A stretch of DNA of 64,000 nucleotides from Catajapyx aquilonaris (Eukaryota), in NCBI GenBank assembly GCA_000934665.2, contig JYFJ02001448.1, positions 1 through 64,000 on the forward strand. The letters are read 5' to 3'. Every line of letters begins with the position of its first letter. Within the stretch, counting starts at the first letter, position 1. A model generated the notes under the pieces. The model was not told where the DNA came from and ran no database searches. It saw only the letters and a program-made list of their open reading frames with translations. The position numbers were made by a program, and so were the translations under genes. Shown piece by piece: positions 1-14,500 of this stretch.

Positions 1-3000
1 TTCTTTGCACCATTGATAAGAGGACACAAAACTGCGTAACATATGTTTTTTTCATAAAATTCTCATTGAGTGACTCTAGCTTCATTTCCACCTTAATGAG
101 ATTCTAGGCACAGTATATAATACATATTATATATATAAATGGTACACACACCACACATTACGTTTTAAAATATATGTTATCACAACCAATGACACTTGCA
201 GCTGGTAAGAGGATGATATATTTGGCAGGACAGCTGGACGCCACTCGCTTTACTCTTAGGACCAAAATGAGACGTCTCCGGAGGTTTTCTTTTCAGATAT
301 GGCCAGGTTGGTGTTTCCTCATTTTCTGTTGGGGCGGAAAGGACCCCCTCAGGCTTGAGGAAGATAAACCGTCGATACTCTATCCTTTTCCAAGCCAACA
401 GTGGCATTGCACGATGGGCCTCAGCTCTTGATCTCACGAGTAGGTAAATGCCAGTAGCACAGCATGGGCCTTTCCCAACAAACAGACAGGCACTGTTTAA
501 ACCTATATACACGGATCCAACTGGGCACAATGGGCTAAATGAGGTTACAGTTTGCTCAGTAGGATACACACATCATATTCACAAAAACAGGATCAACTCC
601 TAGATAATGCAGTGCTTAAAAATAACACCGTATTGTTTCCGTTTCATTGTTCGTGACTATGAGTTTAAAAATACATTAAATGTGGGTCAACAAAGAAACG
701 GTAGACATTGCTGCTAACAATTGTGCTGTAATGTGCAGGTGTTAAGTAATTAACGCCACAAGTCACAGCACAGTTGCGAAAATTATTCCTCGCCATGAAA
801 TACTAGATAGCACGCAGATTACAACTCAAATTTCCATAATTTATGGTGACATTTGTCAACATCACCCTACCACATAAGATATTCAACGGCACACACCACT
901 TCTGATTCATGGCAGTAAATAAATGTCTGCTACATCATTCTTGTTTAATCCTTCCTTGTGTCAAAAAATAGTTCTGCTGCACAGTTATAGTGTGTAAGCT
1001 GTGATTGGATTAAGATAACTCAGATTAAATAATTGCAAGTCAATGAGACACCACCGTAATGATGCCAACATTTTCAAGATGCTATTGCATGATTATAAAC
1101 CACAATGATGCATTTTTGAGAATGGAAAAGTGACAGTGAAAAATATTCCATAAACTGATGTGCTTAAATCGTGGTGGCCTCTGTTACCGTCCAGTTACAT
1201 AATACGTTACAGTAAAAATTACACAATTAGTTGTGGATAATCTGCTTATTTTCACTGTATTTTACACACCATATTAGCTTAACTATACGCTACTTTACAT
1301 TTTCCTAATATATAGTACTTTAATCAAAATGTAATGTACTCAAATAATCACGATTTTTTTGCAGCGGTGACGTCATTCTTGTAACACTGAATAATTATTT
1401 GCAATTAGCTTGTGTTTAAAGCCTGGACTGATTAGTCAACAAAAATGTAAGGCTACTTATCTGTCTTGCATATTATAGTCCAGTGACGTATTTCGACTGC
1501 TACGGACATCTCTATCCAAATCCATGGCGACAAATGAAACTTCTATTTGAAAAATGATCAAAGGCACATTTTGATCAAACCTGAGTTACCATCGTGTAAT
1601 ATTGCTTAATGCGTACTCTTTGATGGTAAAGTCAGATTTCTGCTAAAGACATTACAGTCCCATAAAGAAATGTTGCAAAAATGGATCCCGCAATATAGAA
1701 CTACTGCACAAACTTCAAAATCTCATATCTTTAAATCATTCCAATGCGATTCTGATCTCTCCATTTCAAGGTTTCAAATGATACGGCTTCTTTAATGTAT
1801 ATTTGCAAATGTTAAGCATCGACTTTGCATAACATTTTAAGGAGCAGTCGATACATTTTCGCTCGTCCAGTATCCTATACTGTATTTCAACAATACGTAT
1901 TAATTCCGTTGAATTATTGAATAATACCAATCCGATCTTGCTCCGCTAGCCTATTTGTTGTTAACTGCCCACTTCTCCAATATTACGACCATGCTTTTCT
2001 AGAAATAGCAAACTACCTATAGAAGCAACAAAAAACAAACAAGACTCCCAGACTGTACAGCGATTGAATCCATACAAATACACGATTGAGTCAAAGCAAA
2101 TCAAACTTCTTATATCTTCTTTGTTGATTTTCCTTATACGGAACAGTGTCTTACTGAACATACGAATCCATTTCTGTGCTGGAGGCATGGTTGATATTTT
2201 TCCTACTTTAAAAATGTCCCCACAATCCTCCCTCCCCAAGTTGAGTCGTGGCAACAAACTGCACCTCATCATCTGGCGAGTTGAGCCTCTGCTGTCCCTT
2301 AGTATTGCTACCGGTCTCCACAGCGAATTCATAACGGAAGGTCGTACTATCCGACATGATCTCGTCCAGAAATGTTTCTTTCCCCTCGATATCATCACCA
2401 GATCTCTCAGACGGCCACTATTTGGAGGAGTCTGCAATTTGCAACCAAGACCTGTACCACTTCTTTCAGAAATGATTACGCCCAATGATACTCCGTGCTG
2501 GTTGCGAAAAGAGTGCCTTTCCTTGTACTGTACTGTATGAAGTGGGATATCGACAAAGTTGTCAAATCTTCCGGACCTGGGATATGTACCCCGACATAAA
2601 AGTCTGGGGAAAGACGAAATTAAATTCAGCGACCGGAAGTCCGAACTACTTTATTGCTTCGGAATTACTATGCTACGTCAAAAAAAAAAGTCGGAGTATT
2701 AACTTTATGAGGAACATTACCGTCAACACGTTTGTCAAACACTCTCTAATTTTAAGTTCGCGAAACGAGCCCATTTTGGGAGTCTGGAGACTGACTTGTA
2801 ATGTCCTCTGACGGATAATTTTCGTTTAATAATCCCTGTAACAGTATCTTGTGGATCAGATTCAAATCGGGCCAAGCTAATAATCTGCACTGTTATTATT
2901 CCGGAATGATTTTGTTGCGTCTCATGCCCCAAGTTGCAGAGCTATCTTTTCTTTCCGGGTATCGGATTGACGTCATCATGGGACAAATGGGATTTCAGAG

Positions 3001-4374
3001 GCGGGGGAGGAGGGGAGCATCGGGAGGAGGAGGAGGAGGGCGAAGAGAGGGAGATTTGGTGGTGGTAGAAGATAGAATAGAGGAGAGGGGAGGTAGAAGA
3101 GGGATGAATCAATTTTTTTATATATTTTCCCCGTCTTTTTCCTCTCTTCCTCTCCGTTTTTTAAGGAGTTGCGAAATGTTTCGGGTGGAACTTTGGGACT
3201 TTTTCTTGGCGCTAGGAACAAGATTGCAGGCCAGAAAATGACATGAGAAGGGGAAACCACGTTTCCGTACGATTAAATTGGAAACGAAGTCTTGACAATG
3301 GCTCTGCCACGATTCAGAATGAAATCTTCGCTGCTGCATCAGTCCTTTCCCTACCATAAAAAATAATTATATAACGGGATAATCTGCAAAACGATTTTTG
3401 GTCACTCCTATAGTTACAAACGACAGAAAACATCCGAATTGGCTCTACTATCCGTCCTCTCTCATGTCACGGCCGTAAACAAAAATATTATTGCTGCATC
3501 AGGCATCAATGGCACTGGTGGTGGGTCTAATCCCGGACCAATTTTCCGACAATAGCCGCTATATATGTGCGCTTATGAATGACAAACAATAACACGCCAA
3601 CATCTGTCGGCACTGTGGCGCGTGTACACCACTGACGTGACTCGACGCGTCAAAGCTATTGATTTAAATACGATGGGATTCAGCAGAGAGAGTATGATTT
3701 AGAGAAAAAAAACCCTGATGGCAGCCATGTTGAATGATTGAAGGCATAGTAAAACGAACATGGTTTAGCTCTCTGAGTCGGAAATCATTGATGTCATTTC
3801 GGAAGTCAGAATCGAAGATGACCATTGATTTCATCGCAGCATAATCGCATTTGGTCCCATGCCATACGTGCTGTATAGGCCTATATATACCTAGGGGAAT
3901 TCCTGAGAATCCGGGCTGACAAAATTATACGGGTGAGTCCCGGTGTCTCGCAAGACTGCATGAGCACAAGTGGATCCCGGGCACCAGCATCAGGAGGGCA
4001 GGTGAAAGGGGACGGAAAGGTGCGAAGGAATGCAAATTCTCGGCACTCGACGCCCTCCCTCCTTCATGAAATTCAATCAGCTCCCTGTGATCCTCTTTGG
4101 CCTTTGCGCCAGGTGAGAGAGGAAAATTTTCTCTCGGAAAAGAGAGAAAGAGAGAGATGGAGAATGCTTCGGCTCTTTAAAGGATGGGGGGGTCCTAATG
4201 AACCTCAGGCTGGAAGTTTCTTTGAGGGGGAAGTAAAGGAAGGAAAAGGACGAGAAAGTCAGGAAGTAAGTAAGGGTTCGTACACTCTTCAACCTTTGAC
4301 CCGGCACATTCCATCTTTGTTAACTCATGCGGATTCGGTACTGAATTGACTAGGTCCTGATGAGGCAGACTCAC

Positions 4375-5041
4375 CCGTTGTCAGCAGTGTTGGTAGTACC
4401 GTGGTTGGCCCCTCCATTGGCGTGATGCATGACGGATCCTCTCCCTCGATGGATCCTGAGCGTGAGTCTCTGCTCCTCAAACCGCGTGCCCAGCAGCTTG
4501 GAACCTTTGGTGGTCCTGAAGCCCTGGTTGATGGCCCGAGTCGTCTCCACCGCCGCCTTGTAAATGCGCCAGTAGAAGAAGAGCATCACCAGCATGGGAA
4601 TATAGAAGGAGCCTAGAGCCGAGTAGAGCACGTAACCCTTGTCATTGGTCAGTTCGCAGGTCCACGTGCACTCGAAAGTCGTAGCCGCGCTGGAAGCCTG
4701 CAAAGGCTGCACCTCCGCACTGTCTTCGGGCTCCATCCAGCTTGGAACACTCTCGTTGCCACTGGGCACAAACACTACCACCGTGTGGGTGGTGACCTCC
4801 TCCGCTGTCACCACCGAGGAGGTCCACGCGATGGTGGTGGTGCTGGTGGTGGACGGCGACGAGGTGGAGGAAGAAGACGACGAAGGGGAAGGAGCTGGAG
4901 TAGGCGACGAAGACGAGGAAGAATAGTAAGATGAGCTCCTTCGAGAACTGAGTCCCGTAGAGAAGAAAAAGAGGTCTCTCGAGTCTTCGTTCCAGCCTAC
5001 CAGCGGCGGAAAACAGATGAGGAAGCTCAACACCCACACGC
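4375..5041 (-). CDS. Oamb: Octopamine receptor coding exon 3: TM4, long ECL2, TM5, start of ICL3 (gene incomplete in window)
   Basis: GVWVLSFLICFPPLVGW...CELTNDKGYVLYSALGSFYIPMLVMLFFYWRIYKAAVETTRAINQGFRTTKGSK...LTLRIHRG is typical of the OAMB/OctalphaR class. Acceptor tttcag (phase 1, matches exon 2), donor GG|gtgagt (phase 2). No TM6/TM7 exon found in 1-4374. Confidence 0.92.
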
Positions 5042-6056
5042 CTGAAATATGCCAACATAGCCTGGATTAGTCCCCCGTCCATGCTCCACCACACAAAAAA
5101 AGGGCAACCACATCACACCTCCCCGCGTGACGGTTCGCGTCACTCAGGCTAGATTTATGCAAGAGTTACAGTGTGAAACACTTTACTGTAATTATTACGT
5201 GCTGGGAGCTCGGAAGTATGAAGATGCATTAATGAGACCTGGTATAATGAATGGAGGTGGTTCCATTCCCAAATCACTAGCAGCCTCAACGAAGCCGGGT
5301 TGCAAGTCATAAAGGCCTCTCTCTCTCCACTCAACAGCCAACACCACCACACCTGCAGTCTCTCGCTTATTACCACCTGCATTATAGTAGCGATTCCCGA
5401 GAGTGTGTCTTCCTTCAGACTGACGGAGAATCCATATTTTCCCTGGACAGTTCCCGATGGAGCCGATACTCATTCCCGTACCTGTTAAACGTTTTCCAGA
5501 GTGATCGCATCTTCTTCAGGGTGAGGTGGTCCTAATAGGTGAGGGGGTTTGGGACTAGTTCCTTCATGGTGGCGTACCCGTCCGAAGTTTACTTCAAGCC
5601 CTAATTATCCGGTATGGTGAGCATCATGGCGGACGGTCCAATTTGAACCGAGTCGGTTTTCAACAGTGGGCTCCATTTCTTTTTTTCCGGAACATTTCCC
5701 ATGAATCCGGACAAATCCGGATGGCATGAGGACTGCTGGTCCTCTCCTGAAGAAAATCCCTGGGTGATGCTATCGAATTGGCTTGAAGGAAGAGGAAGTA
5801 TTGAAAGGTCGGGGATTTGGATGGTCAAAGCAGAGGACAAATTAGGTCGCGAGGTCGACGGTCGGAATTTCACCTCTAGCAGCAGCAGATAGATCTTACC
5901 CACCCGGATTATTGCAGTCGGAAGGAGACTTGATGATATCGTGCCATCGGTTGGCTTGTGTGCAAGGCAACTACGACACTAAGTAACTAAGTTTCGCCCG
6001 CGTCATTTGCAGAGTCGGTTTTAGAACAATTTAGGAGTAGACTGGTGGGAACTCAC

Positions 6057-6240
6057 CTGCGATGAGAATTTTGGTTCTTTTGGAACTCATAATGGAAGGA
6101 TAGCTGACTGGGCGGGTGACCGCCACGTATCTGTCGAGACTGATGGCACAAAGGTTGAGAATAGAGGCGGTACACATCCAGACATCTACTGCCAGCCACA
6201 TGGAACACCACACTTCGCCGAATATCCACACGTTGAACAC
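6057..6240 (-). CDS. Oamb: Octopamine receptor coding exon 2: ECL1, TM3 with amine-binding Asp, DRY motif, ICL2
   Basis: [61 protein letters not shown]. Acceptor ttttag, donor G|gtgagt, 184 nt, phase 0 to phase 1. Confidence 0.93.
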
Positions 6241-8001
6241 CTAAAAGAAGCCGAGGCAATAACATCATCGTTAGAAAGCTACTTCGGAAACCCAATCAAC
6301 GTCTCTTTGTCGTTCGTTAGTGGTAGACGCCCCCCGCTCTTAATCAACGTCTTGGCATCGAAGCTTCAAAAAAAGATTTCAGGGTAGGAAACCCATTTGA
6401 AAGTGATAACATGTGACCTCCAGCCACAAATAGCAGTAATAAGTATCGATCAAAGGCACGCGCCAAAGCCAAGTGGCCAAGAAGGGCTATTTTTATGGTC
6501 CCTTCTGGCACGCCATGATTTTATGCTAATCTACGAAATTGTCACGTATAGGCAATTCTGCGGAAGGGGTTGGTCAGCGACATCCCATAGCACGTATAGT
6601 ACAGCACTGCAGCACACAGGGCTGTATACCCCATGTTTTTTTTACCTGCTGCAAACGTGCAAGTTCAGGTTATACGCCTACTCTCCTACAGTATAAGTCG
6701 AGTGCATATCCATCCAGTAAATTGTTACTCACAGCCTCATTACCTTTATTGCTGAAATGCAAAGTCAACCGCACGGCTGCATGTACTCTTGCAGGCAGCC
6801 GAATTATTCCTGTGCTAATACCGCATTAAAATTCAAGTGTTAAATCGCGTTTAAAATGGCAGAGTAGACTCATTTCAGCTAGTTAGTTATTGATTGTTCT
6901 CTATTCAAATGTTATGGCACTTATTTAGTTATTCGGTTTGACATGTCGTTTTTTTACACTAGTTAGGGCCTGCTGTACAGTGCATGTAGAGGGCGTAAGC
7001 ACAATTTGATGTTTGATCATTATAAAACAAGAGCAACAGTGAAATGTGCTGCTCCGGTTGAGAGTGAGCAATATTATCTCAACAATATTAGGCCTGTGGC
7101 AGACCACAGCAGGGGCAGAGGTAATACATGAACATATTACATCAGTATTATGATTAACGCTTGTTTGCTTTTGTAGATGTAAGGGATGTAAGTTAGACCT
7201 AATTAACTTATATGTGGGATTGCATGTTATTCTGGCTTATGCTATGTGGGATATTACATCATTATTTTCAGTTGTATTTCGCGAGTGTTTTTTGCCTGCC
7301 TTGCCAGTAGCTGCTCTTTATAAGAAGTGTTGCGTTGCAATATGCATGAGATGCAGAAAATAAATATTATGCAGCCCTGAGGTATTACCAAGTTAATTTC
7401 ATCGAAAATGCAAAGTTACAAAGATGACACTAAAGCCTGCTACATAAACTAACGTGACTTATGACGATTTCCAACCTAGAAATGTTTACAATTTGCCCTA
7501 CATTTGGCCCAAAGTAATTCAAGAAGTATCAAAACATGCAATTGAGTGATGTAGATGATGTTGGTTATTGCATAGACGAAAAGTCTAAAAGTTGTTGCCG
7601 CCTGCTGCGTGAAGTAGCCGTGTGACATTTGAATAGTGCGAAATGCTAATCAAGTTGATAGAAGGCAATTGGCGCGAATGTGAAATGTTTCCGGCGAAGC
7701 GTCCTAAGGCGGCAAATACCGGAAAGGAACCAAGGCGATAGAGTCCCGATTGCCATTTGCCACTGCAAAATTGGGTCTAATTGGGAACTTGGGGCTTGTG
7801 ACGAAAGACGCAGAAACTTCGTCACGTGTTAAGTCCTTCTGGGCAAAAAAAAGACCTCAAAATTTCGAGATTGGGTGACCCTCACCACCAATTGAAATAT
7901 ATTACCAAGGGCACCAGCAGTTGCCCTCCGAATGCTCCGGAACCCCACTTTGCCGCCATATTTGTTTTCTTATTAAATATGGCGATGCGCAAGAAACTGA
8001 C

Positions 8002-8289
8002 CTCGAGAGTGGCTGAGAAGGGTAGGACAGCGATGCCCACAAGGAGGTCGGCCATGGCCAGGGAGACGATGAAGAGGTTGGTGACAGTCCGCAACTTGGG
8101 GCTGTGAAAGACAGCCATGATGACCAAGCAGTTTCCTCCGATGACCACCACATTGATGGCCAGCAGGATCAGCAAGGAGGTGAGGAGCCCTGGGTTGTCC
8201 CATTCCACACCGTCCAAAGGACTTCCACAGTTCGTCGTCTGTTGCGACGTCACGTTCGTCACTTCCAGCCACGTCGACGAATTACTCAT
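8002..8289 (-). CDS. Oamb: Alpha-adrenergic-like octopamine receptor (class A GPCR), coding exon 1: N-terminus, TM1, TM2
   Basis: Translates MSNSSTW...[55 protein letters not shown], with the GN motif of TM1 and the SLAxADL motif of TM2. ATG is in a GCCATGA context just after an acceptor (tttcag, 8300-8301). Donor GAG|gtcagt, phase 0, 288 nt. Confidence 0.9.
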
Positions 8290-11214
8290 GGCCAGTCTTC
8301 TGAAATTATAATTGACAGCGCGGTCACGGACGTCTGCATTGCTGGTTATAAGACACTTCACGCTACTATATACGGACAAGCACTGCTGTCTGACAAGTTG
8401 CAAATGGTGGAAGCCCTATCATTTTGTGACTTGACATTCTGCAGGAATATGAATCTTCTGGCAATATTGACCTAAAATTCTGCATTTCTCCTGCTTAGAG
8501 TTGATTAGGAATCTCATTAATCTCGCTTATTAGACACTTGCCAGCTACACAGAGCAGACGCAGGCAAAGAAAAGGGGCTGTAAATAAGGAATGCCATTAA
8601 TAAAAAGGCAGAAGCGAGTGTTTGAATAAGTGTGTCAAAACATCATCTGTCACTCATGCTTGCTTGCCCAGTGTTGTTGTTGTTTTTCTTGTTATGGTAC
8701 AGTACGACTACATTTGCTCACACTGCCTGCTGGGCTCTGAGGTAAAAGATATTCTATTATGGTCAGAATCCCTCTCTACCCCCCCTAACCCATCCCCCGT
8801 GGGATTACTCTTGCTTTTCGCCTACTGGGATTTCGGAAAATTGTGGCAACTGTGTGGGTCTCAACCCGGAAAGAGATGCAAGTCGATATAAAGGCGGGTT
8901 TCCATGGCGACTCTCTAAACCTGGCCATGCCCCAGGTTTACTCTGTACGACATTCCCACCGGGGTGCCCAATTGTATTCTTCTTGTGCTTATTTTCTTAA
9001 CTGTTCTTTTCCTAAAGTTCAAAACGACGGAAGGAACGAGTAAAGACCGATTTAATTAGGTTTGTCAGAGAAATTAAAGGGTTTGCCTGTTATAATCCAG
9101 AGAGGGGAAAACCGTTTAGTTTCAAAATGTTTTTCATCCAGCAAGTTATTACTGCACACATTTCAACAAAAGTTATCCTTCCCTGGGATGTTTTTAGTAA
9201 TTACTGTAGGACACGGTCTACAGCCAGAGAAAAGTCATTCCCCAACTTGAAGTGAGGGCTCAAGTTTATTATTTTGAAGTAACCATTACTATAGAGGACA
9301 GTTAAATATGTCTCTGTATGAAATGGTATATAGTGAGAGTCTTGTCCCTTTGAATGCAATTATGAACTGATAATAATTTGTTAATGATGTTATAGAGGCA
9401 TAATAAAATTTCTCGATGCGATTTGAATTGCAGTAGAAATTCCTTTGCCATAAAATTATGAAACCTTCTCTAACCGGTGAAATTAGAACATTATGTTGCG
9501 CAATAGCTTAATTGGATGTAATATAATATTACGCTATTCAAACAGTTCTTCAACGGTTTTTGTTGCACGAGTATTACGAACCAACTAGCTTGTCATTGTC
9601 TGACGTAGTTATGTCATACTGTAATACTCCAGCGTATATCTATCTACCTTTAATACTGTACAGTATAAATTTAATATAACATTTAGTACATTAATATAAA
9701 AGATAATAAGCATCACTCTACCATTGAAGATACATTTACTCAACGTTCAGCTTATACACTTAAGAGGTTTTACATCAAACTACTGTATTTGCAAAAATTT
9801 GAATCTCTTAATATTATTAACCTAGTATAGCGTAACTTTCAATTTTAAAAATAGTCCTGATATCCCCTTCCCCATATAAAAATGGACAGGTCCTTGATTC
9901 ATAATTTCAGGGAACACCTTTTTTGATAGTAAATCCTGGAACACGACTGCAATATATCCTGACCAACTTTGTGTGTGCGCCGGGTATATTTTTAGACCTT
10001 GGCATGTTTCAAAAAACAATGACCACAATACGTGAGTAATGACATAGTGTGAGTATCAAGTGAAATACCTTGTGGAAATCAAAGCGAGTGTAGATGGTCC
10101 AAGAAGGAGGTTCACCCCTATACACTATAGTCGACACGAAAATAACGCTCGCATGGAAATAGCCAGGCTGTAAAGATCTTTTTCAAGAGTCCGGTAATGA
10201 GCCAAGTCGGGTGACAACAGCTTACCCTGTAACATTGTGTAACTACATCCCGAAAACTTTTCAAAATTTATTTCCTACTAAACTTTACACAGATTTTTAA
10301 CTGCTGAGGAATAACTTGGCTGGTAATTCGCTTTCGAAATTCCCTGTAACATTCATTGTGCCAACTTTTAGGAGCGCACTAAAAATCATCCGAAGCAGAC
10401 ATTCGGCGACAAGAAAGAGCCGACGGAATGTTCGCCAAAAAAAAAGAAAAAAAAAAGTTGAGATCTCGTAGGCCCGTCACGCTCTATTCTTTTCATTCAG
10501 GAGGCGGGTATTTCTAGGATGGCAGATTTCGCACTAACCCCTCCCCCTCCCACCTCACCTCTACCCCCTGGTACAAGCCCGTATCAAAATGACTATCATA
10601 TGCGTCCAGATAAATCAATGTATAGATTTGCTTCGCAACTCACCGGAGTTGGCAGTAGTTAGCCTGGTTAGTGCTGCCAACTTTCAAAATGCTGTCGGGA
10701 TATAATGATAACTTTGGCTCACATCATCGCGGCCGGAAATGTGTAATTAGAGGACAACCGCTATAAGTACAACAGGAAGCATTAACTGGTACAGATATAG
10801 GGCGCGTGCAACTATGCTATATCTCTAACTTGCATTTAATTGCTAGATTAACTCTTCACTCGAAACTTTATTTTAAAAGGGTGGGTAGCATTTATAGTCA
10901 GCCCCTTTCCATCCGACTCTTTTCGTTTCGTGCTAAAACAGTGAGCCCCGTAGTTTCCTAGAAAGGTTTGTGGAATCCCGATGGCTTCCTCGGGAACTAA
11001 ATTATAGGCTATTTGGGATAGAGTCCAACTTGTGCAAGTACAGAGTTTCACGAATCCCGCCGGCTCTTTGGGAGGGCACGTAATGTCATTACCATGCTTC
11101 TTACACCCAAACTGCTGCTCATTTCTTCCTGCAATTTGCCTCAAAGTGCACCCTATATTTATATCATCCTCTAAACATTATGGACTAATGTCAATAAAAT
11201 TTTTGTCGACTCAC

Positions 11215-11540
11215 CTGGCTCTATATAATTAGGGTCGTATTGGGCAGGTACGATGCAACAAGACACGTGGGTCCGCGCGACCACACGCACTCATCCCCAC
11301 CGCATTCATCCGCACCCACACACGCACCCACTCCCGCACTCGCACACAAAACCGCACGTGTATGTGTATATACGCCCAGTAGAATATCCCGGTGTGGGGA
11401 TAGCCCAAAAGAAAGGCCCGCTCCAGCTCGCGCTCCGAAGCAGACTGAGAGCCTACCCCACCCCCGCCTAACCCCCCCACCCACCCTATCCTACCCGCGC
11501 AACACACACACACATGCACAACACACACACACATTCAACC
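11215..11540 (-). promoter_or_regulatory. Candidate non-coding first exon / promoter region of the octopamine receptor
   Basis: Strong donor CAG|gtgagt at 11215/11214 on the minus strand, at the end of a CpG-rich, GT-repeat-containing segment. Coding exon 1 has an acceptor 10 nt upstream of its ATG, which suggests an upstream exon. The 5' boundary is approximate. Confidence 0.4.
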
Positions 11541-14500
11541 ACTCGGCATGTACTGACGCCCACTTGCGCATCGCTCCAATTATTGTGTGTGGGTGGTATA
11601 GGCCAGGAGGGTTAGCATCCCACACTTTACCTTTCTTTGATGAGACACTGCATTCGACACCCTACGCCCATGCGTCTAGTTCAATGGCTGGAGGTTGTCG
11701 ATGACTTTATACCCCCCCAGGTGTATGAGTCTGACCTTTTCAGGGACAGCAATTAGCTGGCTGTTCACTTGAGGTTGGCAAAAAATATTTATAGACATCA
11801 GCATGCTGCCATTTGTTTAAAAAAAATACAAAAGGCCAGTTTTTCCATAACTACAAATGGTGCAATGCAGTTGGTTTAATTTAGACAGCCGGCGTTTTTC
11901 ATCTAGCTGTCTATGATTCGGAACTGGCTGACCGAATATGCAAATGAGCAGGCCCTTCCGAGTGTCAGCTCAGCCCAGAAAAGTCAACACCAACTGAATC
12001 TAGTCTTCGGACCTAGGCTATACCCCCTTTGTTTTTCTTCAGATTTTAACTGGCCTGAAGGCAGATAGCCGGATGCCAGCCAGGAAATATATGAGGCTGC
12101 TGGCCAAAAAGTTTCCTCTGCAGTTCTCACGATGCAGTGGTTCACATCCGCAGATACGACACTCACGTTTGTCAACGAACCTTTTTTTTCTCTCCCCGCC
12201 CCCTAAAAAAGGGGGGGGCTCGTAACCTACTAATTAGCTACCATTTTCCGCCTGTCGAGCACGACAGATTTGCGCCCCCGACTTTTCGGATCACTCGCTT
12301 TAGACCTTTTGCCTCGTAGATATACAGTGCTTACTAACTGTCTAGTTCGGTAGAAGCTACTATGCTCAATGAGTTATGCTTGTGACGAGGGTCATTATTC
12401 ACTCTCAGATTTCCGCACCAAAACTTGCCTAACATTCCCACCCACTTCCTTAGTTTTTTTTTTTTTTTGCGTTCTTCGTCTTTTCCGTCGACTTTTTGAA
12501 CCCCCAAAAAGTGGGCCATGCTGCAACGGAGTTTCCCCTCGACGGCGCCGCAAAAGGACTTCTTGCAGCGCCTTGCTGTCGCGATTCCAAAATCTGCTCC
12601 TGGCTCCAGGGGAACATGCTACAGATTCACTTCCACACTCGTCACGTTGGTATCGAGGAACGAAGAAAAAATTGGGCTTGCAAAAAAAAAAAAAAGAACT
12701 TGGCGTCGCCATAAATTAAGCACATGGCTTTTTACCAAAGTTGTCATTTGCTGCAGACTGTCGCGGCATCGTGGCACGAATCAGTAAGAAATGTGGCCAA
12801 ACTATACTGCCGAAATTTTAGTTAATTATAATGCATGTCCATTTAGCAAAAAGCTTCCAATTAACTTTTGATCAATGTACTTTCCATTTGAAGCTTGGTT
12901 AGAACCTGGACTCAATACATAGTTAGTTAACCTCGCCAAAAAAGTGAGAAACGTCGAGGCTTGCCAGCCTTCGGTGGTCATCAAAATTTGAGGCGAGTTA
13001 GGGTCCAGGCGGATGAGCAGAGTTAGTTGTTCATCCACTCACTTTCCGTTGAATCGTAGCGAAATTAATTTGACGAGCAGCACTTTGTTCCACCTGTGGG
13101 TTGCTCCGCGGCGAGTTGCCAACTTAGTTACATACGTCTACCGGTGTGGCATAATGCATTAGTTACACGGCTTCCCTGCGAACACTGTACTGGACAGGAG
13201 CAGTGCATTAATGAGCCGGCTAAGTGCCTCTCGTTACTCGGTCCACGCTGCTGCAGCAATGGCTCTTCTTCAGACTTATACCTCCAGCAGCTGAGGAAAC
13301 CATCATTAATAGATGAGGGTAGCGAGCCCCACTTTATTACACCGATTGCACATTACGTTACTTATTCATGATCTGGAAGAGTAGGATGCCTTACCCTGTC
13401 CGACAGTGAGTAGCGTGTGTACTCCTAGGCTGCTAGGTCGCCTCTATGGATGTATATGGCCAGGGTCGTTACCGCGGCGAAGATGATGGCGTGACCTGTA
13501 GTTACTCGCTCGCGAGGTGCTCTACGCCTGCTCCGCCACAAAAAAAAAGATGATTATCTCCTAACACCTAGCGTTAAATGTCGACTCGGCTGCCCGCAGG
13601 CTTTCAACCCGATAACTCAGCTTTACTACTGGAATTAAAGTGGCAAAGGTCGCTCTCTAACGCTCCCCTGGGAAACTGCCGATAAGAGGCCCCCCTCTTG
13701 AAATACTAGTCTCAGCGGCAGATAGCGTGTTATAGGGCAGGTGCTGGTCCTGACCCTCCAAAAAATGACGGCACCATTTTTTTTATATCACCCACCTCAT
13801 GAACCCGTGTCAGAAGAAGAGTGCTGGACACAAGTGGGTGCAGCAGCTGGAGCTTTAATATCGAGGCGGTGGCGACAGCTGGGTGGCCTCACATATGCAG
13901 CTTCCCACTGGAATTCTATCTTGGGGACTTTTTTTTCTGTTTCTCTCTGAGGAGTGTCCCTAGAGGAGCTGGCTCAGGCTGTTAGTCCGGACTCGCCAGT
14001 CGGATCTGAGTAGAATCTGCAAATAGTTGGACGCCAGCCTGCTGGGACTTTGCTTGTTCGCCTGCAGCAGCATCCATCTTGCCATGGTGCATGTGACGTC
14101 ACATGGAGCCACTGAGGCTGCAACCTAATAGACCCTCTAGATCCGAGGAATGGTGGTCAAAACGGTGCAAGTCGAACTGCTGGAAAATCCTTCATCAAAG
14201 AGGGTATCAGCCTATACACTCCTTTGAGTCTGGACTAAAGCATTTCAGCAACACTGGTCCAGCAGTTGTGTGCTGCAGATTCCCATTCCATGGATCATTG
14301 CAACGCCTTAGTCCCGCTTGAAACGACACCGCTGCTGGCCTGCATCGCGTCTCAAAATGGACGGAGTCGCAAGCAAAAGCCTAGTGCTTGCAAAGGAGGC
14401 GCAAAAAAGTCGGAAATTCAATTACTTTAGCATTGATCGCCAGGCAGTAATTTGTAAAGAAGCAGCGGCTGGGCCGGTGGGCATCCCAGGCAGCAGGCGG

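Noticed and set aside
174..2811. ORFs that might be the missing octopamine receptor TM6/TM7 exons or a transposase
   Set aside because: No KAAKT, CWLPFF or NPxxY motifs and no recognisable transposase or reverse-transcriptase motifs were found.
10647..10682. TGGCAGTAGTTAGCCTGGTTAGTG resembles miR-34-5p and sits in a small hairpin
   Set aside because: The seed differs (GGCAGUA versus GGCAGUG), indels are needed, and the would-be mature sequence spans the loop of an 11-bp stem rather than one arm of a pre-miRNA.
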